NCBI RefSeq assembly: GCF_964355755.1
Contig: NC_092672.1
Coordinates: 31,378,437 to 31,442,436 of the forward strand
DNA from: Antedon mediterranea
Lineage: Eukaryota; Animalia; Echinodermata
Length of the DNA stretch: 64,000 nucleotides
Reading direction: 5' to 3'
Below are positions 26,046 through 40,115 of this stretch, one piece after another (the stretch's first letter is position 1; every line of letters begins with the position of its first letter). A model generated the notes under the pieces. The model had not been told where the DNA came from, did no database searches, and saw nothing but the letters and a program-made list of their open reading frames with translations. The translations under genes were made by a program, and so were the position numbers.

Positions 26046-26803
26046 GATTTATCGCATTGGATTTCCTGCTTCCAAATTCGACTTCGGAAATATAAACTCC
26101 GATGTATGTAAATCATAAAAAAATCATAATTTACGCTTATAAAATTTATTTTACCAAAACGTACTAATAAAATCAACATATTCAGACCCAAATCAGCCAA
26201 AAAACGTTATACATCAAATACCATGTTCCATGATCTTTAATAATGTACACGTGGAATCGTTCATGCGTTATAAATGTTTGCACTTTACATTTAAGGTCAA
26301 CGACAAGGTCAAATTAAAGACCAGTGAAAACAACAATGAAAGGACTCATTCTTATGTATATATTTTCAACATTTGTAAATAGAATAGACTGTATGTTTTC
26401 ATTCTTTCTTTACTCCATGCTCATACTAATTGAAATAATATGGAATAAAAATGAATTTTTTAAACTGTTTACAGAAGCTAGCATACACAAGTCAATGCCA
26501 AGGTCAGATAAAAGATTTTAAAAGCTTATTAGCACAGAAACAATGTTTTCATTGTCATTTTGATTGCTAATTACAAATACAGATGACTGTACTTAGAGAG
26601 TAGAGTTGAATGCAGAGCCCTGCAACTCAACTCTTGCTCTAAAAACCACAGACTTTGTGTTTTTGCTGGTATAAGACAGTATAAGATTATACAATTTGCT
26701 GTCCGGGTATTGATTGGCAAGGCGTATTTATTTATTTCAACAGGAGGCTGATCTAGAAAAAAGGGGGTACATAACATTCATAATATATAGAGTAGAAAAC
26801 ATA

Positions 26804-27079
26804 CAGTATGGAACACTATATTAGGGCGACACTTTCTTTTATAACTCTATATGGCCAACTCCTATTCAGAGATACTTTGCTTTACTGTAAAACAATGAAG
26901 ACAAATATGATTTATATAACATCATGCCCAATCCATATTCAGGAGACACCCCCATTAAAGGGACACTTTCCTGTAACACTAATGAAGATAAATGGAGATA
27001 TCCCGATTGAGGGGACATTTCGTTGGGCTGGAAGCATTCTCTTAATAGGTGTCCCCTTAACATTGGGCAGTATACTGTA
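26804..27079. repeat. Old dispersed repeat/MITE family with TAAGGGGACAC/GTGTCCCCTTA motifs (relatives near 1780, 4460, 11800-11990, 44750, 54950, 56630-56790)
   Basis: Recurrent inverted GGGACAC/GTGTCCC motifs and CAGTA..TACTG ends; heavily decayed. Confidence 0.5.
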
Positions 27080-28529
27080 TACAATTGTTTCCTGAATGAC
27101 ATCAACTGTACATTGAAAATGAAAGAATCTTGAATCTCAATGAAACAAAATGCAAATAAATTTATTCTACTAATCACTGTCCTATACAGATTAAAGAAAT
27201 AAGATCGCTGACACGTGTTTACACAGATGTTGTATAATTACATCAAGTGTATTTAGCGGCCATACTACACACACAGTAGATGATGCCTCTACCAATGCAA
27301 CAGTCTAATTACCTAATTGTTACTAGTATAATAAAGCTGAAAATATTCACCAGCAATTCTCAATGCTGCTGTACCATAGGAAAATGCTATAATATGGCAG
27401 TCTGTATCATGGAAGATTTGGTTGAATGGTTAGGGTCTATGACAGAGGTACATCACATGTGTTTCACATTTGATACTGTATAACAGAATTTGCATACCAT
27501 GATATTGAAACAAATTTAAATAAAGTACATTAATAATATCGTAATAATATTTAAAATATTATTTTGAAGAATAATGCTGGGAAATATACAATACAATTTG
27601 AAGTTGATTTAAAACAAATTTTTGTGGGGAGGTACTTTATAAAAAATACCCAGATAGTTTATTATATCAATAAAATTACATGTTTAATATAATTTTATTC
27701 TAATTTTTTTCTTTATTTTTGTTTGCGATATTACATATAATTTGACCACCATAAAGTACTTTTTTTTTTATATGCAAGTGAAATTAAAAAAAATACAACA
27801 TAAAGTTTTCTTACCGTCCCATCGATTATTTAGAAATAAAAAAGTATCCTGGTAATTCAAAGGTATTGGAAGACAAATGAGCAAGGCATGTGTTGATTAA
27901 AACCAAGGCAACATTAAATGGCGAAGATATAGCAACTAGAAAGTATCCATAAATATATCCAAAATAAATGATTCCTAAACGAATGTCAATAGATTTCCAT
28001 CCTCTCTCAGTGAAATGAATGACTGAATGTTAACTCCAGGCTATTGTGACACACTAAACTCACAGATCAGGCCTTCACTGTATAGTGACACCATCCAGCA
28101 GACTACAAGACAGTTTCAACCAATCAGATTGCTGCAAACTGCACTTTCAACACATTCACTGTGGCTTAGCTTTTTAATGAGCAAATGGATCATGGCCGTA
28201 GGGTAGAAGATCCACAGGGCAGATTAATTGAATGATAGATCCCTGGGGATTTTTGAATAATCAATAGAACTTTCATCACTGTCTTTTGTTCGTATAAAAA
28301 AATCATTTTATAAATAGTGTCGAAGAAAAACAAAAGAGGAAAATCAATAAGAAAAATTGATCGGTTTATATAATTGCGTAATTTCAGGCTTAGATTTCTC
28401 GGTTATGTGTCAAAGAAGACGATTGCCTTAGCAAAATTGATTAACTTTACAATCGTGTCGTTTCGAGAAATGTATGTAATGGTTTAACATAAAAAAATTG
28501 TGTATATATATATATATATATATTATCTA

Positions 28530-28690
28530 CACTGATGAAGGGCTAGTGTTGCCCGAAAGCTCTGCTTACTTTTCTGGCTGTTTTACTTTATCATTTTGAT
28601 TTAGCTTTTTTTTGTATCTCCATTGAGATCCAGCAACTGATACCCACAGCATTTTCATTTTTTTTTTCGTAATTTGCCTTTGGATTTATA
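28530..28690 (+). mobile_element. Penelope-like retroelement terminal fragment with hammerhead core
   Basis: Follows (TA)n; homologous to 35107-35282 and 58657-58832; begins CTGATGAAGGGC-TAGTGTT-GCCCGAAAGCTC. Confidence 0.7.
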
Positions 28691-30580
28691 TTATCTACAC
28701 AGTGTTATATCCTTTGTATACAAAGTACATATAAACTTAAAATTCACCTTGGATCAAAACAATTTTTAAGCAATTTCGAAAATGAAAATGGACAAGATAA
28801 AAGAAATATATTTATACAATAACGATGTAAGAATTTAAAAACATCTAAAAATAAATTTTAGTCATATTGCTTTTGTTATGTAAAAAAGATCTCACAAACT
28901 CAAACATCATCAAATTATACAACACAATCTTAAAGAAATAAATAATGATATAATTGTAAACAGGTAGACTGAAGAAACTATTTCGAAAATTTATGTTTAA
29001 AAAAGCAATAACGAAAAAAAAAAAAAAATTACAAATTCACTCATCTTGTTCAGTCTCAATTTTCAAACAATAGGTAAAATGAACAATTAAAATAAGCATA
29101 TTGTTTAACTTTGTTAATAACAATGTTGATAAATCCCCTTATTAAACTCAATGCTAAGTTGTAGTAAACAAGACGATTATTGCCATTGATTCGTAGACAT
29201 CTTAGGTTGCCGTCATTTTTTATTAACAAAGGAGACTAATTGTCGAAAGTCAATACCCATAATCCCTCAAATACCATACTATTATTCTCTTATTCAAGAT
29301 TAGTTTAGAAACTTTTATAGTATTAATTGTTTTGGAAAACATTTTAATGTTGTTGTTCACTTGTGTATGCGAGATAACCGCCAGTGTTAATCCTTTAACA
29401 CGCGTAACTATTGTGTAGTAAAGCTTATTTATCTGGTATTTAAACGTGGTATTGATTTTAAAACATCAAATGTTGCCGTGTTAATTTAAAGGTAGGGTGT
29501 TATTTAATATCTCACTGTCTGGTCAGTATAAGTATTTGTTTTCTCTCACTCTCAAGAACTGGTAAAGAATCCTGTAGTCTGCCTAATTTCCTATCTTAAA
29601 TAAATTATATTCAAATTCTCCAAAATGCTTTAATAAAGAAATAAACAAAATAATAATTCATTAAAATTTGATAAACATGTCAAATAATACTTTAAAAGCT
29701 TCATGTTTTCATTTAAAATAATGTATTTTTTTAAATTTAAGTCATATACCGATGTTTTTTCCCCTTTTTATTTTTACTTCACTTCAACATCAAATTTATT
29801 CAACTAAGGCAACTTATTTACAAGCATATAATTTTTTTCATTTTTTATTTTTCAAATCATTGTAAAGTTTATTTAATTTTAATTATTTATTTCAGTGATA
29901 AAAAAGGAAACACTGGAGTTACTTTTACTATAAAAAAAACAACAAGTTTATTGCACCAATTCAGCAGATGAAAACTAGGCTTCTGTTCAAGATTTTAGGC
30001 TTCTGACGTCTAGTTTAATTGTAAAACTATATCTCTTATAATAAGATTAGTGATATTATTACATCAAGCCGACATGTCCATTTAAACAATGAACAAAGCC
30101 TATGAAATGTCTGTCACGTGTAATGGTCAGCACACTAATTTTTAATTTTTGCTTACAAGGTATTAGTAATGGCATTTGTTAAAATTTAAAAGCTACAGAT
30201 AATACCGGCCAGATGCCGGTTACATAGAAAATTATCTTGAGCTATAGACCCAAGGTTATGCGACTCCAACGTTAAGTACCTAGATGCAAGAAATAACGAC
30301 TGTCTAATTTAGTTTGATATAATAAAATGAATATTCTCTGGTAATATTATATGAATTAAAATGAGTCATCTGCTATATTTAGATCTTTTAAAAAGTTGTC
30401 CATTTTTTTTGTGTGTACTTTGTTTTTGATCTAATAATTTATTGTCTTACCATTAAGATACGTAAATGGCTGTCCAGGTGGTGTCCCTCTTGACTTTACT
30501 ACACAGGAGTGTAAATTGGTACTGCAAAGGGTGCCGAAGGGGAGGGGAAGTGAGAGGGTTGGAAAGGGAAGATCATCCAC

Positions 30581-30890
30581 ATAATAATAATACCACATTT
30601 ATATAGCGCCCTTTTCATGAGTAATCATGCTCAAAGGCGCTTTACAAGCATTATTACCCCAGTATTTTTTGGGATCAAACACGTATGGAAACATACTCCC
30701 ATAATGCAGTCGGTAACCAGTGCAAAGTTGTGTCTAGATCTAACTGGGTACCCATTTATACACCTTGGTGGAGAGAGGCAACGTAAGTAAAGTATCTTGC
30801 CTACGGATACAAGCAATGCGGCGAGAGTTGGATTCGAAGCTAGGTCTGACGATCGGTAGTCCAACGTCCAACACACTGCGCCACACGCCC
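30581..30890 (-). mobile_element. tRNA-derived SINE with L2-like 3' tail
   Basis: A box TGGCGCAGTGTG; B box GCTTCGAATCC; central GGCAAGATACTTTAC and CCACCAAGGTGTATAAATGGGTACC; tail GTAAAGCGCCTTTGAG...GGCGCTATATAAAT..(TAT)n. Confidence 0.8.
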
Positions 30891-31407
30891 TTACATAAGT
30901 TTTCACTTTCTTTCTTTTTTGGTGAATGGAAACAAAAATGACTTTGTTTGGCTGGATTCTATATAATTTGATCATAGAAATTAAACAAAAATATATATTT
31001 AAAACATTTCAACGTTGTTGTATATATCAGAAAGTGACATAATTTGATCTTTCACAGACTTAAAACAAAATGAAAAAAGAATATACATAATATACATTAT
31101 AACGCAAAAAGTGTCAACAAGGCCTAATGGATTCCGTGTCTGAAGTACATGTGTTTAGACACCAAGATTGTGTATCTACCTTATTTAGATCTGATTTTAT
31201 CCACATTTTATACAAAAATGGCCGCCATTTCAAGACGAGGCAAAAAATTAAGTGTCAACAGGGCTTAGAGTGATGAGAAGGGTTTAATTAGGATATCTGG
31301 CTATGTTGACAGCCTCTAACATTCCACTCCCCCTAACTCATTTTTTCACATTTTTGCCTAGACTAAAAGAGCCTAAATTAAAAATAGTAGCATTATTTGC
31401 TGCCTAA

Positions 31408-31575
31408 AGCATGGTTCCCACTAGAACACAACAAAGTATCTACACAAAGTGCAAGTGGGAACTGCCGACGCAACAGTGCTGCAAACATCGCAGGTTTGAT
31501 TTCACGCAGGTGGGGGACAAACACAATAATTGGAAGGGCATTTTCTTACGTTACGTTGCAAGTGGGAACCATACT
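31408..31575. mobile_element. MITE related to family B by its TIRs
   Basis: TAA|AGCATGGTTCCCACT...AGTGGGAACCATACT|TAA. Confidence 0.7.
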
Positions 31576-32739
31576 TAATACCTATTAGTATCAATATCAA
31601 CAGACGAATATAGAATTGACGAGAAATTATAAGCAAACACTTTTAAAATAGGATAGACAACACCGAAAGTGTAGATGTTACAAATACACTGTATCTAATA
31701 CAGACAAGATTAACAATATCTAGATTAACAGTACCTAATCCCTCTCCTATCAGTTTACCACTATACATTTACCTAAACAAAGGGATAACTTAAGGTACTT
31801 AAATCCTTTATTGATTTGTGTACATCATGTTATTCGTTTATTTTCGGTAAAGGCTTACGATTCTTAATACCACAAATTTAGTCAATAAAGGATTTCGGTA
31901 TTTTAAATGGCATGATAATCCATTCAGTCTTCTGTGATGTTTAGTGTTGCGGATACTTAATCCCACCAGTATCATTGATATGGGATAATCTCACAGCAAA
32001 CAAATGGTTATTCTTAACAAATTGTAAAAACATAAACATTACCCTGGACGTAGAGAAAAGGTGAGGATACGCTATTGTTTGACAACCAAAAACAAGTATT
32101 ACTAATATAGTTACTGACTTATTACGATAGTTACATGTTATATATAATTATACTGTATTTACAGTGAAATCATTTTTGCATCTAAAGGTAAACCGCAATG
32201 TAAATCCTATAGACCGCAATTAATAGAGAAAGGTAAATTTAAAGCGAAAAACCAAGCATAGTGTATTTGCTAACAGTATATTTTGGGGGGGGGGGGGGGT
32301 GTGGAGGAAATGGTATACTGAACTACCTTTCCAGTAGTTTTTAAATACCGGTACCAATTTTTGTCACCTTGGTGGAGAGGAGCAAGGGGGATACAGAATC
32401 TTGCTCCAAACTCAACACTCTGAAGTCTGACATGGTTTATTAAAGAAGATCCTGACATTCCTGCTGGATCTGGTGTATCTAAGCTGCTATATTCCTGCCC
32501 CAGTTGGTGAAAGCCATTACTGGTTGAATTCTTGATACGCTATCTTGCGGCGGATACTTCTCTATTATCTAATGTTTCATTTATATGATCTTGTGTCACG
32601 TATTACAACTCTTCATCCTATCTTTCAAATAATTTTAGCTCCAAACTCGATTTTTAATATTACTTTCTTTACCCAAATTATTTTCTTTGGACCAGGAGAT
32701 TGAATCCACAACCTCTGGATTGCAAGTATAATACTCTAA

Positions 32740-32912
32740 AGCTCTGTCTACACTATCAAACTTTATGTGACAAAAAAATGTGATGTGCCCATATATAGAC
32801 ATGATGATGTCATATCACCACCATACTTGGGCATATCACTACCATATTTGGGCATATCACTACCATATTTGTTGGGCACATCACACTTTTTTTTATAGTG
32901 TAGACAGGAGCT
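32740..32912. mobile_element. MITE family A (Harbinger-like)
   Basis: TIR AGCTCTGTCTACACTAT; internal ~21-bp repeats ATATCACTACCATATTTGGGC; TAA/TTA flanks. Confidence 0.8.
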
Positions 32913-35106
32913 TTAAGGAAGAAGAAACCTCTGGATTAGGTTTTGAAGTCCAATGCTCTAAATGTTTTGAATATTTCATAAGTTACTTTTTTTATATTTA
33001 GAAGAAAAACTTTTCAAAAATTCATATTCATTCAGTTAATATTTGTTGTAATTATAAGATAATAAAAGATTATGAATAAATGAAAAGTACATTAAATAAT
33101 ATATTCATCGGAATATATGGCTCTGATAAAAGTTTAATGCAAAACAGTGATAGAGAACAAAAGGTAATAAAATAATTCTATAGTTTGAATAGAGAACATA
33201 TTTGAAATATATCTACTTTACTAGTACGAGTTCAGTATTGTACAAAAAATATAAATAATATAATTATGAATAATTAATAAATTTAAATATTTTTGATATT
33301 AAATTGATTATTTAGGGTCGAAAAGTGCACTTTGAATAATGCATAAATTAAGCCAAAAAAAAAATGAAAAAGTGAAAATAATTTTTAAAACATAGAATGA
33401 CAGAGGGCGTGCTATCTAATATTTTGGCTCATATTGAAAAATATTAGTGACCACAGTTGCCATATAGGCCAACCAGATACGCTAAATGAAAGCAGTGCAG
33501 ACTACTCAGTTCACTACACTTGTGTTGCGGCATGCTGAGCGTATCTACACTAACGTGTTCCTTAAAGATCCTTGTGTGCACAAATTTCAAGCTCGGCACA
33601 ATATCCCCGAGTGCAATGTTCATATTTCTAAATAATCTATGCACCACTCCACAACAATTAAAGCAAAATTCTGACATGCAACATTTCTGAAAATGAGCAT
33701 GAGCAGAATTTAAGCTATAATTAAAGATGCGGTCATAACACTTTACATCAATTACCATAAATCGCAGATCTGATGTATTCGTACACAGACCGGTGTAATT
33801 GCAGCGAACGTCATGATAATTTATTCAGTACTTTAAGAATTTAGAAAGATTGGGTTAGTGAATACCTGGCAGTTCAATTAAATTCCAGGTAATTGAAAAT
33901 GCAATATATGAACATCGTTTATTTTGATTTTTGGTATATTACATCATGTATCCAAAGATTTTTTTGTTATTCTTTATTAAAAACAAACCAATTGGCAGAA
34001 AATCTGCTGAATTGCATGGTAAGGGACAATATACATTCAAAAGACAAGTAAAGTAATAGTCATCATTAAACAAAATTATCGCAATTAAAAAATATATGTA
34101 AATGTAAACATAAAGTTAAAAAAATATAGTCTTATTGCAAGGATATAGTATATACATTATTACTTAATTACAGTATAAAAATATAATCTTAAATTTAAGT
34201 TGCAGTATTTACATTGATTTCTTAATTAAGGTTTACATCAGTCGACTTCAGACAATTAAATAATTACAATTATACATTTACAAAAACATTAAATACATTC
34301 AACATAATTAAATCAATCATAACATTTCTGTTTGTCCCTCAACAAGCACAAAACATTATATATTGCAGGATGTCGAAAAATATTAAGATTTACTTGAATT
34401 AAAATAATAAATTGAACCGAATTCTTGATGAAATGTAACCTGACATCCTGTTTGTGCATATTTTTATATAAAATAGCAAAATATTATTGCATATACAAAA
34501 ATTTGATGGATGATGATATTAAAGAACTATTTTAAAATTATATGTGACATTTCTTTTTAGTGACTAAAAGATATTATAAGTACTTGCCTCTAGCAATCGC
34601 TGTGTTAGAAATTGACAGATCACAACTTCAATCAAAATTCTAATTTTCTTTTTGTCCAAATAACACGCCGATTCTTTTTGACGCTATTTCATAATAGATC
34701 ATGAAATATATTTGTTAAAAGTGATATCGGTTAATGGATTAGATATCAAATATTATTATGTGTATAGAATATATTTTCATGTTTGATTGCAAACTATTTA
34801 TCACCATTCGATCTGTTAACTCAACGATGGTTACATTTTTTTCTCTATTATCTATTTTCTTCCTATATTCCTTTAAAATAATTTATTAAATATATTTAAT
34901 AAATAAATATCTTGGGCACAGAATAAATTTTAAACCACCTGGTGATATACAGAAATATATATATATATATAGTTTGTAACGATACGATGAGGAAATCTGT
35001 GAGAATGAGAAAAAGTCGTGGAGAGATACTTGATATGCAGATGTCCTAACAATTAGACCACTTAGGGCTTTTATGGTTCAAATTCAATTGGATAGCGACT
35101 CTTGAA

Positions 35107-35282
35107 TATATAAATCCAACGGCAAATTACTGAAAAAATGACAATGTTGTGGATATCAGTGACTGGATCTCAATGGAGATACAAAAAAAAAAGTGAAAAG
35201 CTAAATCAAAACGAGAAAGTAAAACAGCCAGAAAAGTTAGCAGAGCTTTCGGGCAACACTAGCCCTTCATCAGTGCAAGTGA
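35107..35282 (-). mobile_element. Penelope-like retroelement terminal fragment
   Basis: Reverse-complement homolog of 28530-28690; TA-rich flanks. Confidence 0.7.
35240..35276 (-). ncRNA. Minimal type I hammerhead ribozyme motif
   Basis: Minus strand GCA-CUGAUGA-A-GGGC(UAGUGUU)GCCC-GAA-AGCU-C-UGC: conserved core, 4-bp stem II, palindromic AGCU stem III, 3-bp stem I GCA/UGC. Confidence 0.65.
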
Positions 35283-35651
35283 CTCTTTAATATTATAAAT
35301 ATATATATACATTTTCACAAAAATTGCCATCCTACCATAGCCAAATGGATAAAAGAGAAAGGTGCCCCATCCCAAACGGCACAAGTTTTGGTTTGTGGTT
35401 TATAAGGACACAGGGTAAGAAAGGGAGTTCAGCGCTATTATATATTCCGAGTTAGTACTATTTATAGATGTCAAACATCATGTCACCTATTTTGCATTTT
35501 GTAAACACATCCTTGTATTGTCAAGAACAAAATGAACGTATAAATAATAATATACTGTGTACTCTATTAATCTAATCTACTTGCTGGGAGGTTGAAATCG
35601 CATTCACACAAATCTATAAGACATTATAATTACAATACTCGAAATAACATT

Positions 35652-35960
35652 ATTTGTTTGATCTTAAATATGCTTTTTTTTCATTTAGAAGGTTGTAACC
35701 GCATTTTCAAAAAATTCTATAAGAAAATTATATTACAATATACTATAAATTATTTGATCTTAAAATTGCTTTTTTTTTGGTTTTTTTTTTTCATTTAGAA
35801 GGTTGTAACCGCATTTTCAAAAAATTCTATAAGAAAATTATATTACAATATACTATAAATTATTTGATCTTAAAATTGCTTTTTTTTTGTTTTTTTTTTT
35901 TATTTAGAAGGTTGTAACCACATTTTCACAAATTCTATAAGAAATCATAATCACAATATA
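35652..35960. repeat. ~110-bp tandem repeat, about 2.7 copies
   Basis: TTTAGAAGGTTGTAACC at about 35684, 35794 and 35902. Confidence 0.9.
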
Positions 35961-38900
35961 TTGCAAATATTAATTTTATCTTTAATTTTATTTTTTAAAA
36001 TGTTTCATCATTTGAATCGGAATATGAATTATTCATTCAACATTGATTTAATATCCCAAATCACATTATTAAATGATTTTTAAAATATTTTTAAAAAAAT
36101 TTTTCTAATTTAGGTAAATATATATTATTCATGCAATTATATAATAATTGTAATTCCTTATATGTATTACTTTGTTGAGAGCCTATCAACTGTAATATAT
36201 TTTTGGTTATAATTTAGGTAATCCTGCCTCATTGATTAAAATTTTTCTGTCTGTATGTTCGTTTTTGTTTTCTATGGCGAAATAAATGATCTAATATCTA
36301 TACAAAATAGTATCCACCTACCTGGACCGTTTAACCGGAGTACACAAGATCGCAACCCACGAGAGTTCCATTTTCGCAAAAAAAAAAAAATTGTTCTTTC
36401 AAAAATGTGTGTAAAATTTAACGTTCCTTTGCAGACAAATATTGATTTCTAAAAATTTATAACATTGTTTACGAAAATCCGTCATTCAAAAACATCAAAT
36501 ATATATGAATTTGTATAATTCAAACTTGAATTCTGTACTGGCTAACAGAGATATTGTCTTTCGCATCCGAAATTTGTTCAACAATGTTTGTCAGAAGAAT
36601 TATAAATTTGCTGCATTAAAAGGGTTCGCTTTGATTTGCTTACAGAGTTTTAAATTTCCACTATGCTTCGACCGCATAAATTTACTTCTAGATTAAGTCT
36701 GCGGCACATCCACAACCACGGTAAGTTTACTCGGGGGACTAGCGATGTATACGACAGTAGTCATGTACCTCACAAATCCTTAAAAAAATAATTTGCTCAT
36801 TGTGAAACCTACTAAATTAAAATCTGGCAAAGAAATTTTTGAAATTATTTATATAATTTGGTGTATTCTTTGTTGATTAGGTTAAACAAGTTATCAAGAC
36901 AAAAGATTCTTCTTTCAACTCCATCAAATTAATAATAAACAGTATTCAAGTCAGGTAGAGAGACTATCAATAAACTTCATGAACATATCAGATTGTTATT
37001 TTCCTTTTAGATATACTGTAATGGTAAAATCTCTGAAAAAGAATTTTAGTTTGTGGAAGAAAATACATATGCTGTACAAGAAATCCTATGACATCACTAG
37101 TTGTACAGTAATGCGATCCAAAAAAAGATGGTCGATCTAAGATGATATCTTGCCAACAATATCAATATGGTAAATATTTATCAACGTAGAGGTACAAAAA
37201 TAATTTCTTGAAAGAGCAGTGTAGATAGTATTAAATAACAAAATATCGTTGAACACAACTTTTGATGCGCGATGGTATCATCTCCGCAGATGCTCCTCTG
37301 CCTTTACTCGATCCCGAATTTCCCAACGCTTATAGATCTTCTTAATTTCATCATGTAAATTTTAAACGTCACATGTTAATGAAGTAGCAGACAACTAATG
37401 AAGACTTTGTATGCAGTCGGAACGAAAGCATGGCGGGATGAATAACTATTCAAATTTCTTTCCTAATGACACTAAGAATTCGGTTCATATCAAAATATTT
37501 TGAATCTGCCTATCAGAACGTCGCGATCCAAGATGATAAATCAATAAATGTGAATTGTAATACAAGTCCATCTTCACTCTAAATACTTGAGGAGTTTGAA
37601 AATTAGCGTCGTTGTCAGTTAGGCATGCAAAGAAATCCGAGACAATGTTACACGCCTGATTAAAGTCAACTAGTTGCGCTTTCCTACGCATTGTATAATA
37701 ACTATTAGTAAACGTGATTAAGTTTAGAGGGACGTGTTCTTATTTTAATCCGACAAGCTGCGCGGCAAAGAAAAAATTGATGAACAAGTCGGTTTAAACC
37801 TTGCCGACCTAAACATGATTAATTGATGATATTTTGAGTCAGTCGTTAGGGATTGTGACATTTTGAGAATTAGAGAGATGCAGGCAATTAGGAAAATGAG
37901 AATATCATTTATAAAATATTATGTTCATATCCAACATTTGATATCGTGTTATTAATATTAAATATTGATATCAGTGAATCACACAGATTTGCTTTAATTA
38001 AACGTTTACTCATCTGCTTAATTCTTACAGCTATTTGTAATAAAAAAACTTTTAAATGTATCAATTTATAAATCTTGTTTTTATATTTGTTTCAAACGAA
38101 AGGGAAAAACTTGAGACTGCCTCTCAAATATTTACTGACTCTGCGTGGTCACTACACATTTTCACCAAATCCTTTCACAAAAAATAAATGTTAAAAATAA
38201 ACTAATTAAATATTCATTAAAAACATCTACATGTATTTATTTTTTGAGTCTACAAAAAAAAAAAAATTTGCAAAGATTGCCAAAAGTTTCTGCAACAACA
38301 AACAACTCTTACTTACAGGTGATTTTTTTTTATTAACATAAATATTTAAATTTCATGTCATAAGAGCGCATGGATTCTATAAATTTATATTTGAATTGTT
38401 AATTAAGATTACAGCGATACTTTTGGTTGACCTTTTAAAGCATGTACGGTTCTGCATAAATATTTAAGAGACACCGATACTAAAACAATCTTTTTTTTGG
38501 AAGACTGCCATTTTAGTGCAAAAAACTAGATTATTTAGATCTTTATTGTGCCGATAGCAAGTGAACCAGTTATTTCTGACTATCCACTGCAGGTCAGGAG
38601 GTTAGTGGGTTGGTATCTATAGGATCCGAACTTCCCCTAAATTTTACGAAGTGCCTTTTTTAAAGTAATAGACGACTATTTGTTATTGTCCTGCTCTGAT
38701 TCATCCTTAAAATCATAGACCTTATCAATAGAACCTCTTTCTAACAAAAAACTCTAGATCCAACCTAGTGGATCTAAAATTGGCTTTGTATAATTATTAT
38801 GCAAAACAAAAATGAATATTAATATATTACCTTAATTTCATAAATCTTGGTAAATTCCTCTCTAAAAATGAAAGACTCTCTCAACTATTTCAAAGACAAA

Positions 38901-39269
38901 ACCCTGTTGATATTTTTTCTGCACTTAATTCTGTAACTTCCATTACTTTGCCATTTCCAGCGTTTCTATTCCCATAGATCCTATTACTCTTCCTTATTGT
39001 AATAACAATGTTTATATAGTCTAATTCTCATGTGGTAGTCTTTATGGTTTGTACGATAAAAATGAAAGTTTCCCATAGGTAAATAAGTCTTTAATGTTTC
39101 CCTTTAAAAACTATTGTGTAAAAGACTAAAAATAGATATTATGTAATCAGTTGATGTGTTGCATTATGGGGAGAGTGATCTTCCTGTCCGGTTATGATGT
39201 ATTTATATTAAATGGTAGAACGAAATAAATTACTATTACAACAATGAAGATCAAACAGAGAAGGTTTAA

Positions 39270-39434
39270 AGCTCTGTCTACACTATCAAACTTTATGTGA
39301 TAAACAATGTGATGTGCCCATATATGGACATGATTCATGATGTCATATCACTACCATATTTAAGCATATTACTACCATATTTGGGCACATCACACATTTT
39401 TTTGTCAAACTAGTTTGATAGTGTAGACAGAGCT
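39270..39434. mobile_element. MITE family A (Harbinger-like)
   Basis: Perfect TIR AGCTCTGTCTACACTATCAAACT; same interior as the 32740 copy. Confidence 0.85.
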
Positions 39435-39895
39435 TTAGAGATAATTTCACTAGTTTTGGCCTACTAGTGCCATATTCTTATGGAGAGTTGTTGACCAGAT
39501 GCCATCTCTGAACCTCGAAAAAACCACACCATACCGTCAACCTCTCCATATCTTTCTAGATGGCTAGAAAATTCTAAATTTTCTCAAGAATGAGGAATTC
39601 TGAGGAATTCTTAATTTCACATAACCATTTCATCTTTCAATTATTTATTATGATGGACAGGTTATTCAAAATCGTTTATCATTACCACATGTTATGTGAT
39701 ATAACTACTTTTGTTTTACAAAAAGAAGACTGATGGTTTATCGGTATCTTTTTTATTGTGACTAATTTCAAAAACCTATTAACAATAAGTGGAAGGAAAC
39801 TATAGGAACCTGCTAGGTTCAGACAACCACACTCACTTCCTTAGCTATGATACAAAAATTGTGATTGTAATACTCTAGGTGCATTAAGGTTTGAT

Positions 39896-40115
39896 GTTGG
39901 TGATCCACCCATCAAAAGTTAGCAATAAATGGTGAAGCTAACTTACTCAAGTTAACAAATCTTACCCGGGTAAGTTGGTGATCCACCCACCAAAAGTTAG
40001 CAATAAATGGTGAAGCTAACTTACTCAAGTTAACAAGTCTTACCCGGGTAAGTTGGTGATCCACCCACCAAAAGTTAGCGGTAATTTGTCCAGGAAGCCA
40101 ACTTACCCGGGTAAA
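39896..40115. repeat. 77-bp tandem repeat with TTACCCGGGTAA palindromes
   Basis: GTTGGTGATCCACCCA three times; CTTACCCGGGTAAG palindrome. Confidence 0.85.

Larger units (their letters stand above)
20052..26236 (+). mobile_element. Autonomous Kolobok-superfamily DNA transposon (6185 bp), two convergent genes
   Basis: Perfect 23-bp TIRs AGATCATGGAACATGGTATTTGA (20052-20074; reverse complement 26214-26236); TTAA on both sides (20048-20051, 26237-26240); AG..CT termini; THAP-DDE transposase tail-to-tail with a Cys-rich KolX ORF, which is the known Kolobok architecture. Confidence 0.93.

Noticed and set aside
30815-30890. tRNA gene (also 44550-44626)
   Set aside because: A/B boxes are followed by SINE body and tail, and no convincing cloverleaf could be drawn.
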